Positions 36,545 through 46,652 of a stretch of 64,000 nt of DNA are shown here, in pieces. Source of the stretch: a virus (taxonomy: Duplodnaviria; Caudoviricetes); IMG/VR virus record IMGVR_UViG_2595698455_000001, positions 64,001 to 128,000 of that record; one strand, 5' to 3'. Below the pieces are notes generated by a model. It had not been told where the DNA came from, did not search any database, and saw only the letters and a program-made list of their open reading frames with translations. Both the position numbers and the translations under genes were made by a program. Every line of letters begins with the position of its first letter. Position 1 is the first letter of the stretch.

Positions 36545-38236
36545 TTATTCTTCACCACCAGGCTGGATTGGCGCTGGGATGACGTTAGGTCTGAATTTCA
36601 GTGGGCTGACTTCCCCGCCGCCGAAGCCGCCGGATTCATCTGCCTGCACTTCAGGATATTTGCCTTCTTTCTTCTCTTTGGCGATCTTCTCTTGCTGATC
36701 TTTAATGTCTTCGTCAGACATACGCAGCAGATTGCGCTGAGCATAATCGATAGAGAACAGGGTGCCAATGTACGGTTCGATCTGGCCAAGAGCAGACATG
36801 CGTTGCGCCAGGATTTCGTTTTCCTGCTGCTCACGGATGAAGCTGTCAGATGTGAACTCGAACTTGACAAACGGCTTGATCTTTTCGTTCCAATCAGTCT
36901 GGTCAGTGATGTTCTTCAGGATCAACTGACGGCGAAGAAGTTCAAGGAAGAATCCTGAATAACGACGACGCAAGCCTGCGCAGAATTTATTGAAGCGCAG
37001 TTCTTCCTGAGTGATTTCAGCAAGGTTGGAACCACCGATGTTGATAGAACCTTCCTCTTGGAGACGGCTCTTAGGGATCATCAGAGCCTCATAGAGCTTC
37101 TCACGGAAGTATACCACATGATCCATTTGACCCAGCTGATCGCCACCGCCTACGTTGGAGATCTCCGTTGCGTTATTCCCTTCACGACGTGGCAACCAGT
37201 AGTCTTCGGCGATACCCATCAGATGAGTGTTGCCTGCCACTTTACCAGTGGTGCGGTCATACGCCAGACGGTTCTTGAATTTACCCATCATCGCCTGCAT
37301 ATACTCTTCCGCAGACTTCTTGCCCAGAGTACCCACGTCGAGATAGAACGCTCGCTTCTCTGGAGCACGCGTGATGGCGTAGATGACCGTCGCATCCTCA
37401 GTTGTAACGAGGTTGTTCAGGGGACGGATAGCAGGGTTCAGCAGGCCTGGGATCACACCGTTGGACAATGGATCTTCACCGCTGTCGATATAGACGATGC
37501 TTTCCTCATCGAATACTAGTTCCTGCTGTGACGGCTGGAAGTTCTGCGAAGTACCAGACTGGCCAGTGAACTGATTGCGGTTGTAGTTCGGGTTGTAGTA
37601 GTATTGAAGTTTGACTTCTCCAATTACCTCGATACCGTCGCGAACTTCTTTCTTCACGATGTATACAGGGCGGATACAGCGCGAATCCAGCATCACCAGT
37701 TTGGCAATACCGCCTTTCTTGTTCTTTGGATCCACGACAACATGATAAGCCTGACGACCTTCTACATACCAACGACGAATCTTCTGGTATGCGGTGTTAT
37801 CGAAGTCCATGAGCTGGAGGACTTCTTTGAAGGCATCGCTGATCTTCTCTTTCAGGGCGTCATTGATCCCCTCAACCTTCTCTAGATTGATGGTGACGGG
37901 TGTCTCATCCTCTTCACAGGTGACGACGTCGTTCACGATGATGTCGACAGCCTTACGGATCTCAGGTTGCTGAGCCATAGACTGGTATTCTTCGACGACT
38001 TGTTTGACGCTGAGCAGTTCACTCTCAACTCCTACGAAATTGAATGTGTTGGCACCGCCCTGCAAGATGATAGAACCATCCTGAGCATCGTCCAGCGCAA
38101 CAACAGTCGCTTTAGAAAGCAACTTCTCTTCTTGGTTCGTCACCAGTTTGTCGGTGTCTACTGGGGCTTCAATCTTCCCGCCAGTACCGAACAGACCGAA
38201 GAACCCGTTTCCGAATGCACCATTACCGAATGCCAT
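36545..38236 (-). CDS. 20: gp20 portal protein
   Basis: WYVEGR, EDATVIYAITRAPEKRAFYLDVG, EDYWLPRREG, ITQEELRF. Confidence 0.95.
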   Translation of the reverse strand: MAFGNGAFGNGFFGLFGTGGKIEAPVDTDKLVTNQEEKLLSKATVVALDDAQDGSIILQGGANTFNFVGVESELLSVKQVVEEYQSMAQQPEIRKAVDIIVNDVVTCEEDETPVTINLEKVEGINDALKEKISDAFKEVLQLMDFDNTAYQKIRRWYVEGRQAYHVVVDPKNKKGGIAKLVMLDSRCIRPVYIVKKEVRDGIEVIGEVKLQYYYNPNYNRNQFTGQSGTSQNFQPSQQELVFDEESIVYIDSGEDPLSNGVIPGLLNPAIRPLNNLVTTEDATVIYAITRAPEKRAFYLDVGTLGKKSAEEYMQAMMGKFKNRLAYDRTTGKVAGNTHLMGIAEDYWLPRREGNNATEISNVGGGDQLGQMDHVVYFREKLYEALMIPKSRLQEEGSINIGGSNLAEITQEELRFNKFCAGLRRRYSGFFLELLRRQLILKNITDQTDWNEKIKPFVKFEFTSDSFIREQQENEILAQRMSALGQIEPYIGTLFSIDYAQRNLLRMSDEDIKDQQEKIAKEKKEGKYPEVQADESGGFGGGEVSPLKFRPNVIPAPIQPGGEE

Positions 38237-38303
38237 GATTAAGTCCTCAACATTTTCTTGTAATTAGTGAGGGGGAATAAAGATTCCCCCAGCACTGAGG
38301 ACA

Positions 38304-38837
38304 TTAAAGAGATCGGTCAGAGATGGCCTGGAAGTAACGCAGGTCAACAGTGAACTGAGTATATGAGTCCATCGCGGACATATCCAGTTCCAGCTGGCCG
38401 AGGTTCTGAGGCCAAGTGCCCTGCAGAGTCCAGGTTTTGGTGACGTTGTCGTTCGCGTCCAGCAACTCCATGATCACGTCACGGAAGTAGTCGTCAGCGT
38501 TAGCGCTCGCACGGTTGTTATTGCTGCCGTTGATGTACTGCTGCCAGACCTCAAAGGCGTTATATGGACCGTTCTCTACCACGTTGATGAAGGTGATAGG
38601 CAGCGCTTCAAAGCGACGGTCACCAGGGAATGGAAGTTCACGACCACCCCAAGGCACAAGTATTTCCCCGAGCTGGCCTGTTGGTGTATTTGTGGTGACC
38701 GCCAACAGCGAAACATCACGGATAGTATCGCTGCCAGCCACGAAGGAAGGGAAGTTAACAGTCACACGCCAACGGTGTTGGCGCTGAACGCCACCCCCGC
38801 GTGACATAGCTGCTCTGAATTCATTAACTGTACTCAT
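38304..38837 (-). CDS. 19: gp19 tail tube protein
   Basis: VPWGGRELPFPGDRRF...WPQNLGQLELD...FTVDLRY. Confidence 0.9.
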   Translation of the reverse strand: MSTVNEFRAAMSRGGGVQRQHRWRVTVNFPSFVAGSDTIRDVSLLAVTTNTPTGQLGEILVPWGGRELPFPGDRRFEALPITFINVVENGPYNAFEVWQQYINGSNNNRASANADDYFRDVIMELLDANDNVTKTWTLQGTWPQNLGQLELDMSAMDSYTQFTVDLRYFQAISDRSL

Positions 38838-39127
38838 AATCATTCTCCAAAATGTGGTTAGACAATTCTAATTAGCTGCCAACCAGTGGTCTTTAATCTT
38901 AAATCTGTGGCTCTCTTCCTTTGGTATATCCCAACTTCAGGAATTGGTCCAGAATCTATATGGCTGTTGGTAATCATTTCAATGACCTCTCTTGTATCGG
39001 GTATTTATTCCCCGAGAACCCATTGAAATGCCCTCCGAAGAGGGCATGGTCGTTCTCCTCTGAATAGTGTAAATATTTAGTTCTGAAATAAATGGGGTTA
39101 AAATATTCTAAAGTGAGGATATTTATT

Positions 39128-40918
39128 ATGCCATTCCCTGATAAAAACTGTTCATGTTGTCACAAACCATTCACCCCGACAAGGAAAGCTGCTTTGTATT
39201 GTGGTGATGACTGTAAATCATTCATGCTGGGAACGATGAAACGCAATCCGGGTTTGTTGGATGACATCCCAACTAACGAATCTGAGTGCCGCGTTTGGGT
39301 CGATAGTAAACTCAGGAAGAAAGATGGTTCGCTGAACTACAAACTCATTTCCCACCACCTACTCATGGCGCAGACAGGGCTTGATATTGTTGGTTACGTG
39401 GTAAAGCACAACGACCTTCTTGAAGAACCCCAAGCAATAACTGCTTGGCTATATGATATTCAGAAGTCTTGTTGTATCACTTGTGGTTCTGACGTAGGTT
39501 TGGAAATGGAAGTCAAACCACCGAGATACAAAAAGTTTTGTTCTGAAGAGTGTCAACGCGAATCAATGAAGATAGGAGGCGCAGAACGGGACAATTTAGA
39601 CAACTCCCTATCAGAGAAATATGGCGTAGCCAACATATTCCAACTGGAAAAGATAAAACAAAAGTCCCGGGAAACTGTCCTTAAGAAATATGGGGTCGAC
39701 CACCCTATGAAGTCTGATGTTATAAAGGACAGAGTGGCTGCTTCCGTCATGGAACGCTATGGCGTATCACACGTCATGAAAGTGCCAGAAGTGAGGGAAA
39801 GGGTGATTGAGACTTGGAGGAAGATCTATGGTGTGGATCATCCAATGTTCCTCAATTCCATTATAGAAAAGAGAAAGAAAACATGCGTCTTAAAATATGG
39901 GGTTGATTATCCGTTGAAGGTAAAGGCTATATGGGATAGAAGCCAGGCCAATACCAGGATCATTTCAAAAGAAAAATACGGCGTACCTCACTATTTCTCT
40001 TCTGAAGAATATAGGAACTCTTTCACATACCCCAGCAGCCAAAGCCAAAGCCAAACGCAACCAGAAATAGAAATATGTTCATACCTGGATTCATTGGGTG
40101 TTATTTGCGAATCTGGTAATTTCTCTATCTTGAAAGGCAAAATGTTCGACGGGAGGGTGACCACACGCCAGATAGACATATACTGCCCAGAACATAAGTT
40201 GGCAATAGAATTCAATGGGCTGTACTGGCATTCAGAGAAATATCGATACAAAGACTACCATCTTGAAAAGACCATGTACTGTGAAGCCCAGGGTATTCAG
40301 TTAATCCACATCTGGGAAGATGAGTGGCGTGACAAACAGGAAGTGGTTAAATCACTCCTTAAAGCAAAATTGGGGATAGGGAAACCGTTGTCGTACGCTC
40401 GCCAACATACCATTGTGGAAGGATCCTATAGAGCGTCCAAGGACTTCCTCGACCGATTTCATATACAAGGTAGTGCAGTGGCAACAGATTACATACACCT
40501 TGTAGACAAAACGGGGAACATTCAAGCAGTGATGCTGTTTACCAAACGGGTGCATGGTATTGAACTGGTGAGATTTGCTTCTAACGGTTGCCATGGTGCA
40601 TTCTCGCGCTTGTTGAAATATTATATCCCTCGACATCGGGGAGAGGTAGTATATTCTTTTGGAGATCGCTGTGTTGTCAGTCGTTTGAATAACGTTTATC
40701 TTAATAACGGGTTTATAGAGAAGGAAATCCTTCTACCTGATTACAAGTATGTGACCCCCGATTATCACCAACGAGTCCATAAATTCAGTTTTAGGAAAGA
40801 CAAATTTAGAGAACTCGGTTACGACATAGAAGGTAAAACAGAGGATATGCTGTCGTCAGAAGCTGGCTTGACGCGTATTTGGGGGTGTGGTCTGATACGT
40901 TACGAATTGGTAAAATAA
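39128..40918 (+). mobile_element. Hef/Vsr-like endonuclease with zinc fingers, six YGV repeats and a C-terminal Mom-like GNAT domain
   Basis: IDIYCPEHKLAIEFNGLYWHSE; KYGVDHPMK-type 23-aa repeats; IELVRF...YSFGDR...NVYLNNGF; antisense insertion between 18 and 19. Confidence 0.78.
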
Positions 40919-40941
40919 AAACCCCGCCAAAGCGGGGTTTG
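40916..40941. terminator. Bidirectional terminator between convergent gp18 and endonuclease genes
   Basis: AAAAACCCCGC-CAAA-GCGGGGTTT. Confidence 0.75.
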
Positions 40942-40944
40942 TTA

Positions 40945-42843
40945 TCAGGAGGCCGCGACGATACCACCACCAGTTTCGACTTCGCTAAATTCCATATCTG
41001 GGCGAACGGCGGCGAAATCAAGATACACCCAGTTAATGCTGTATTCAGGCTTGAGCCAGATACCCGCAACCATCTGGTTCGCAGCGATGATATCGGCAGT
41101 GTTGTTGTCTGCATCACACTTGACAGTACCGTCATAGATCGCGCCCATGTTGGTCAGCTGACGCAGATACGGACGCACCGCGTTGCTGAACAGGCTGCGA
41201 GTGAACTCATCGTTGTTCTCACCAAGGTAGTATTTGGCGATTGCAGCGATGTTCTGCTCGGCCATGATGAACAGGCCACGAACGTTGATGCGGTCGAACG
41301 CAGATGGGCGGGTCAGGCCAGTCTTGTCCCCGTACAGCACGATGCCTTCGTTGGAGAAAGTGACGATGCTGTTGATCTGGTTGCGGTACAGGACAGCACG
41401 CTCATCAGAAGACGCAGACCACGCCATGCGGTTGTAGTTGTTGTATTTGCCACGGTTGTGGAACGCTGGAGACTTGTAGATACCAGCCAGCTCAATGCTG
41501 CGTGCCCAAACACCCGCCGTACCACCACATGCAGGGATCCAACGCATCTTGTCGTTGTACTTGTCGTACACATACGCCCAGTTGTCGTCCATGAAGAAGT
41601 AGGAGGAGTCGCGCACCAGACTTTCACGCCAGGCCACAACATCATCCATCTCACGACCACGGTTGCCAACAACGTTATCTCGCAGTGGAGAAACGAAGGA
41701 CACGGTGTCTTTGCGCTCGGTAGACAGGTCGATGATGGCCTGCTGCTCGATGAGTTCTTCACAGTATGCGAACACTGGCTTGGCAGCGTATGCTTCTGCG
41801 TTGTTCAGAACTTCGATGGCCGCCACACGGTTCACGTCGTAATCGTCAACACCACCTTCCAGCTCGGTCACGCCAGCCGCCAGAGTATCGGTGAAGACAT
41901 ACACCCAGTTGGACGTGTCGTTGATCACATCTTTGAAGTATGCGTTCGCGCCGTCGGATTTCTTAGAACCCTGGGTCTGTTGCATCAGTTCATACTTCTC
42001 GATAATGGAGCCGGAAGTACCAACAGTGGTCACAACGTTGCCGATGGTGATACCTTTGGAGGCTTCAACCGACACAACAACTGCAGTTTGTGGACCGATA
42101 GCAACACGAGTGAAAGTCACAGTGTTGGACTTGGCCACCACATTGGTGAACTTGTTGGTCAGAGCCGCCAGATCAGTACCCAGCTGAGTAGCGATATCGG
42201 CCGCTGTGTCACCAGTCAGGAAGTCGTAAGCCACGCCATCAACAGTGATGTTACCATCAGCCGTCGCAGTACCAGACAGGGAGATACGCTCAACCTGACC
42301 GACAGCACCGGAAGAGTTGGTGATGCGACCCACTTTGTCCAGAACGACGATGTGATACTCACCAGCCTGTGGAGAATAGGCGAAGTTGTTGCGGAATTCC
42401 CAAGTCGGGAAAGACGCTGCATCACAAATGTTCACTGCCACATCGTTGCCCAGAGAGCCAGGATAACGGCCAGTCCAGGTGATAGATGCAGATGGGCTTG
42501 CTGATTCAAAGTCCAGCTTGTTCTTGATGGTGATCGCCGTCTGTCCTTTGGTCACAGAGTTCTTGGCCAGAGGACCGACAACACGGGTGACCCATGCCAT
42601 AGAACTATAGGACAGGAAGTCCGCCACGACCAGGAAGTCGACAGCAGTGTCATCGTTAGGTTTGAAGAATTTCTTCACCAGACCAGTCTCACCACCAGTA
42701 ACCAACACAGGGAGTTCAACTTCACCCCACTGGAATTTACCGACGGTCGCGCCCTGAACAACAACGGACGGAGACGTCTGAAGCGTGGCATCACGCTCCG
42801 TCCACTGTACGGACGGCGCAACGCTGAAGCTTGTAGTTGCCAT
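40945..42843 (-). CDS. 18: gp18 tail sheath protein
   Basis: SPSVVVQGATVGKFQWG, YDKYNDKMRW, LYGDKTG...SAFDRINVRGLF, KPEYSINWVYLDF. Confidence 0.95.
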   Translation of the reverse strand: MATTSFSVAPSVQWTERDATLQTSPSVVVQGATVGKFQWGEVELPVLVTGGETGLVKKFFKPNDDTAVDFLVVADFLSYSSMAWVTRVVGPLAKNSVTKGQTAITIKNKLDFESASPSASITWTGRYPGSLGNDVAVNICDAASFPTWEFRNNFAYSPQAGEYHIVVLDKVGRITNSSGAVGQVERISLSGTATADGNITVDGVAYDFLTGDTAADIATQLGTDLAALTNKFTNVVAKSNTVTFTRVAIGPQTAVVVSVEASKGITIGNVVTTVGTSGSIIEKYELMQQTQGSKKSDGANAYFKDVINDTSNWVYVFTDTLAAGVTELEGGVDDYDVNRVAAIEVLNNAEAYAAKPVFAYCEELIEQQAIIDLSTERKDTVSFVSPLRDNVVGNRGREMDDVVAWRESLVRDSSYFFMDDNWAYVYDKYNDKMRWIPACGGTAGVWARSIELAGIYKSPAFHNRGKYNNYNRMAWSASSDERAVLYRNQINSIVTFSNEGIVLYGDKTGLTRPSAFDRINVRGLFIMAEQNIAAIAKYYLGENNDEFTRSLFSNAVRPYLRQLTNMGAIYDGTVKCDADNNTADIIAANQMVAGIWLKPEYSINWVYLDFAAVRPDMEFSEVETGGGIVAAS

Positions 42844-42895
42844 AATCTTATTCCTTCTCGGTAGAGTTTCGCTCAATTTGAAAGATATTTAGTGA

Positions 42896-45097
42896 TCACC
42901 GTCCGAGCCATTCTTCCATGGACATGCCAGATCGTTCGTCATAAACCTGCACGCCACTAAATCCTGGCACATTCTCCACAGAGTGTGGATCAGGAGCCGA
43001 CAACACACCGCCGAAAGGCATCATCTGTGATTCTTCCATTGCAGACAAGCGGCCTCTCATGTCGACAGAGATACTGGAGTTGGTGAGGTCACTAAACCAT
43101 TCTTGTTTCACCGCCCATGCATACAGCACAAGAGGCATTACACAGTCATCATGACAACCATCATCGGCTTCATACCTTGTCCCAGTCCATACGAATGTAC
43201 TGAGTTCATCTATCGTGTCTTGGTCGTCAACAACCAGCATCTCCCTTTCGATCAGGGCTTTCAGGTTAGCACAGCCGTTTGTGCGTACCTTCTTGTTGGT
43301 GTTGATACCAGGTTCAGGACGCCGCCCACCGATTCGCTTACCAGTCCCCTTGGCGTCTGTGGTTGTGAATATGATCTCAGGATATTCAATTTCCTGATAG
43401 AGTATCATGATCACCTGACCGCCGACGTCGTTGTTGGTTTCAACCAGCATCGGACACGTGCCATACTTCTCGCCCATGTCTGCAATCGTGTATGCGTACA
43501 TCATCGGAGGTATCGTGTTGTTTCGATATTTGGCCGCGATCTTATGAGGGTACTCTGTGATGTCGATGATAGTCAACACCGAGTAGTCCCCCTCCACACC
43601 CTTGCCTGTATCCGCGATCCCCATGTAGATGTGCTTCGGATCGTAGTCGTGATAGATCTTGGTGAACTCGTTTGGCTCTTCGTAGAGCTTCGAGGTCATC
43701 TTGTCCAGACACTTGGCTGGGATAAGTGAACCGACCGACCCACGGAACTTGATGCCAAATTCCTGATCGAAGCGTGCATCCCCCAGCTTCGCCCTCTGTT
43801 TGGATTCCCAGTTTGGATCCTTGGTGTATGTTGGTACACGGTTCCATGGGACTTCGGTGAGATTGAAGTCGTTGTACTGAGGGTGCTCTGGATTCGCCTT
43901 GGTGACGATGTCGTAGAACAATCCGCGCTGACCTTTTGGTGTACTTGTCAGGATACAACGTGAAGTCTCTGCAGATGCAATTGCAGGGAATGTTGACTCC
44001 CAGAATTCAAAGTCGTTTTCAATGAACGCCACTTCGTCCACATACAGGAGCGATACAGATCGACCACGGATGGAGTCAGAGGATGTCGCATAAGCATAGA
44101 TCTTCGATCCGTTTTCGAACTCGATGAGCGTGGAGCCGAACTTCTCACAACCCTGCTGGAGGAAGAATGGCAAATCCTGGTATGCCTTGCGAATACGGTC
44201 CAGGATTTCAATCGCCTGCTTCTCTTTGTTCGCCAGTACTGCGATCTCTTTGTCGGAGTGGAACATTGCATACCAGAGAAGGAACGCCGCCACGACAGTC
44301 GTGTTATGACTGAGGAAGCCGTTGGTGTAGTAGCGCTGGTCACTGGATTTCACCTGTAGGTCATACATGTGGTGCATCTTACCAGTCTGCCAGACCTCAA
44401 CGACTTCTTCTAGACCTTCTTCGGTCATCAGCTGCGAACCAGCCACCAGATCCTTTGCGAACACTTCTTTCATGTTCTGATTGAAGAACATGTGATCATC
44501 GGCTACGTTGATACGACGACCACTGGAAGTGACGACAACATACTCTTGATACTGCTTGGTCTTGTGTGCTGCGATAACCGGAACCCAGCCGATATCACAG
44601 CGAACGAAATAACGCTTGCCGAAGCGGCTGTCTACGAACTTATCGTGTTTGCCAAAGGCATTCAGTGGCTCAGCGTGATTCGGTCCCTCGAAGCGGCTGT
44701 GAAGCTCCTCGATGGTGACTTTAAACTCTTCTTGGCTGACTGTGTCGTATACCTCAACGATACTGTCGCCTTTCACACACTTACCTGACTGACGCGCCTG
44801 GACAACAGCGTTGAAGCGGTGATCCTGGAAGTCATGGAACAACTGCTTCTGATAGTCGTGCATATCGAAGAGGATGAAGCCTTTATCGATGGTCGTGATC
44901 TTGTAGTAGTTGGCAGCGAAGTAATGAGCATCCATCGCGCATTCTACGAATTCGTCTTCTTGCTCATCCGTCAACATCAACTGAACACGAGGGGCGCGCA
45001 CAGACGGCTTGCGCATGAACGTTTGGTCCATACGCAATTTGACGTCTGGTATTTTAAAACCGGTTTTCTCTGGTGCCCAATCTATCTCATATGCCAT
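42896..45097 (-). CDS. 17: gp17 terminase large subunit containing a mini-intein
   Basis: RQSGK|TT Walker A split by the intein; LYVDEVAF, TSTPKG, HDDCVM. Confidence 0.95.
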   Translation of the reverse strand: MAYEIDWAPEKTGFKIPDVKLRMDQTFMRKPSVRAPRVQLMLTDEQEDEFVECAMDAHYFAANYYKITTIDKGFILFDMHDYQKQLFHDFQDHRFNAVVQARQSGKCVKGDSIVEVYDTVSQEEFKVTIEELHSRFEGPNHAEPLNAFGKHDKFVDSRFGKRYFVRCDIGWVPVIAAHKTKQYQEYVVVTSSGRRINVADDHMFFNQNMKEVFAKDLVAGSQLMTEEGLEEVVEVWQTGKMHHMYDLQVKSSDQRYYTNGFLSHNTTVVAAFLLWYAMFHSDKEIAVLANKEKQAIEILDRIRKAYQDLPFFLQQGCEKFGSTLIEFENGSKIYAYATSSDSIRGRSVSLLYVDEVAFIENDFEFWESTFPAIASAETSRCILTSTPKGQRGLFYDIVTKANPEHPQYNDFNLTEVPWNRVPTYTKDPNWESKQRAKLGDARFDQEFGIKFRGSVGSLIPAKCLDKMTSKLYEEPNEFTKIYHDYDPKHIYMGIADTGKGVEGDYSVLTIIDITEYPHKIAAKYRNNTIPPMMYAYTIADMGEKYGTCPMLVETNNDVGGQVIMILYQEIEYPEIIFTTTDAKGTGKRIGGRRPEPGINTNKKVRTNGCANLKALIEREMLVVDDQDTIDELSTFVWTGTRYEADDGCHDDCVMPLVLYAWAVKQEWFSDLTNSSISVDMRGRLSAMEESQMMPFGGVLSAPDPHSVENVPGFSGVQVYDERSGMSMEEWLGR
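44303..44779 (-). mobile_element. Mini-intein (159 aa, no endonuclease domain) in the terminase Walker A
   Basis: Starts CVKGDSIV; block B INVADDH; block F MYDLQV; ends GFLSHN followed by Thr+1. Confidence 0.92.
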
Positions 45098-45971
45098 GAT
45101 GACTTCTCCACTCTAGCCATTTAGGACATACGGAAGGAACCCAACCATTCTGGAATCTTTTGGTTATGGGTTGTATAGAATTTATTTTTTTATAACGTTC
45201 ATCACCAAATACTTGACGACAAAGACAAATCCCCGTTACCCCATTCCTCCATGCTTCGTATATCAGATCGGATTTCAGATAGAAAGGAATATTTTGTTCG
45301 TTAAATCTGTTCATTTCCCAAGGCATCAAACTAGATTTCCTTTCTCTCATGAGTTTCTTACTTTCTTCGGAATGGGTTCTTCCATAGAAAGGATTCAACT
45401 CTCCGGTATTCTGACTGGAATTGGATGCAGAAATTTTGTCTCGCGTTTCTTGAGAAACAACAGCGCCAGAACGAGGGTGCCCTCTTTCTTTCCATGTTTT
45501 CTTCAACGATACCGAAGATTTTAATCTCTGCTCTGCACTGATTACCAGCCCCTTATTTCTTTCGGAAAGTTTCTTCCTGGTACTTTCCCTAAACATAGGG
45601 TTATCTACCTTCATCCTTTCAGATGTCAGTACAGACAATTCAGAATAGAATGCAATTTTCGATTCTTGGTATAATCTGGAAGTACGAATAATCCCATTCG
45701 AGTTTCGCATGCAATTAAAGGCGAACAACATTTCTCTCGTTTTGGTTATTTTCCAAAGCAACAGATGACATACGAAATGCGCTTTGGATGATAATCGGAT
45801 AAGATTTTTTGGATCTTCTCTGAAGGACGGATACAAAGATTTTGGAAGAATATGGTGAACTTCTCCCTGGTCGTTCACCACACCCTTCGCTAAAACCTTA
45901 ACATATCTATTGATAAGTGTATCCTCGGGATAATCTCTCCTGAGGATATCAATTAGATTCTGATACGCCAT
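45087..45971 (-). mobile_element. Free-standing HNH (MobE-like) homing endonuclease gene between gp16 and gp17
   Basis: EVHHILPKS...NLIRLSSKAHFVCHLLL; NUMOD3-like GELNPFYGRTHSEESK; overlaps both neighbours. Confidence 0.85.
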
Positions 45972-46650
45972 TGTCTTCACCTTCTTCCTTCGGTTCCACA
46001 GGTTGTTCAGCCTGAACGTCTATCACTTCTTCGTTCGGCTTAACCTTGGACTGAGTACGCTCGTCAGCACGCTTCTTGGCATCCTCGATTGTCTTGAGTA
46101 GATCACGAGAAGAACGCGCCTGTTTCCCGACTGTAACCTTGGTTGCACCATCTGGAGATGTGGTGACCTCGACAGTCGTGTCATCTGTTGGAGGTGGCTC
46201 TTTGTCGCCTGTGACCGCCTTGATGGTCTTCTGGTTCTCCATCAGGTCTTTGTTCAGGCCGCGCATGAGTTCGCCCAACTCCTTGAAGACTGTGAACGCC
46301 CGAGGTGCTTCTGTGGTCGTTGCGAGTTTGGCCGCCTGTCCCATCATGAACATCGTGGCTTCCTGCATCGCATAAGTCGTATCACGGATGCGCTTGTAAT
46401 CCGTGGTGGCGTCCGTGTCATCAAAGTCGGGGACTTTAGAATCCTTGGACTTCAGCTCTTCAGGGTCCAATGAAGGAGGGAAGACAACAGGCTCATACCC
46501 TGCAGGCTTTTCACCCAGCCACTCACCAGTAGCGGGATCATAATCTTTCCCAGCCACAGGCGCGGTCTTCTCCATCACTTCCTGAGCGACCTCATCCCGC
46601 GCTTGGATAGCGCCGAGGGTAGTCAACAGGCGTTCTGACATAGCACTCAT
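45949..46650 (-). CDS. 16: gp16 terminase small subunit
   Basis: DYKRIRD...TEAPRAFTVFKEL...SSRDLLK; synteny 15-16-17. Confidence 0.82.
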   Translation of the reverse strand: MSAMSERLLTTLGAIQARDEVAQEVMEKTAPVAGKDYDPATGEWLGEKPAGYEPVVFPPSLDPEELKSKDSKVPDFDDTDATTDYKRIRDTTYAMQEATMFMMGQAAKLATTTEAPRAFTVFKELGELMRGLNKDLMENQKTIKAVTGDKEPPPTDDTTVEVTTSPDGATKVTVGKQARSSRDLLKTIEDAKKRADERTQSKVKPNEEVIDVQAEQPVEPKEEGEDNGVSESN

Positions 46651-46652
46651 AA

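Noticed and set aside
40879-42504. 541-aa plus-strand ORF
   Set aside because: Antisense shadow of gp18
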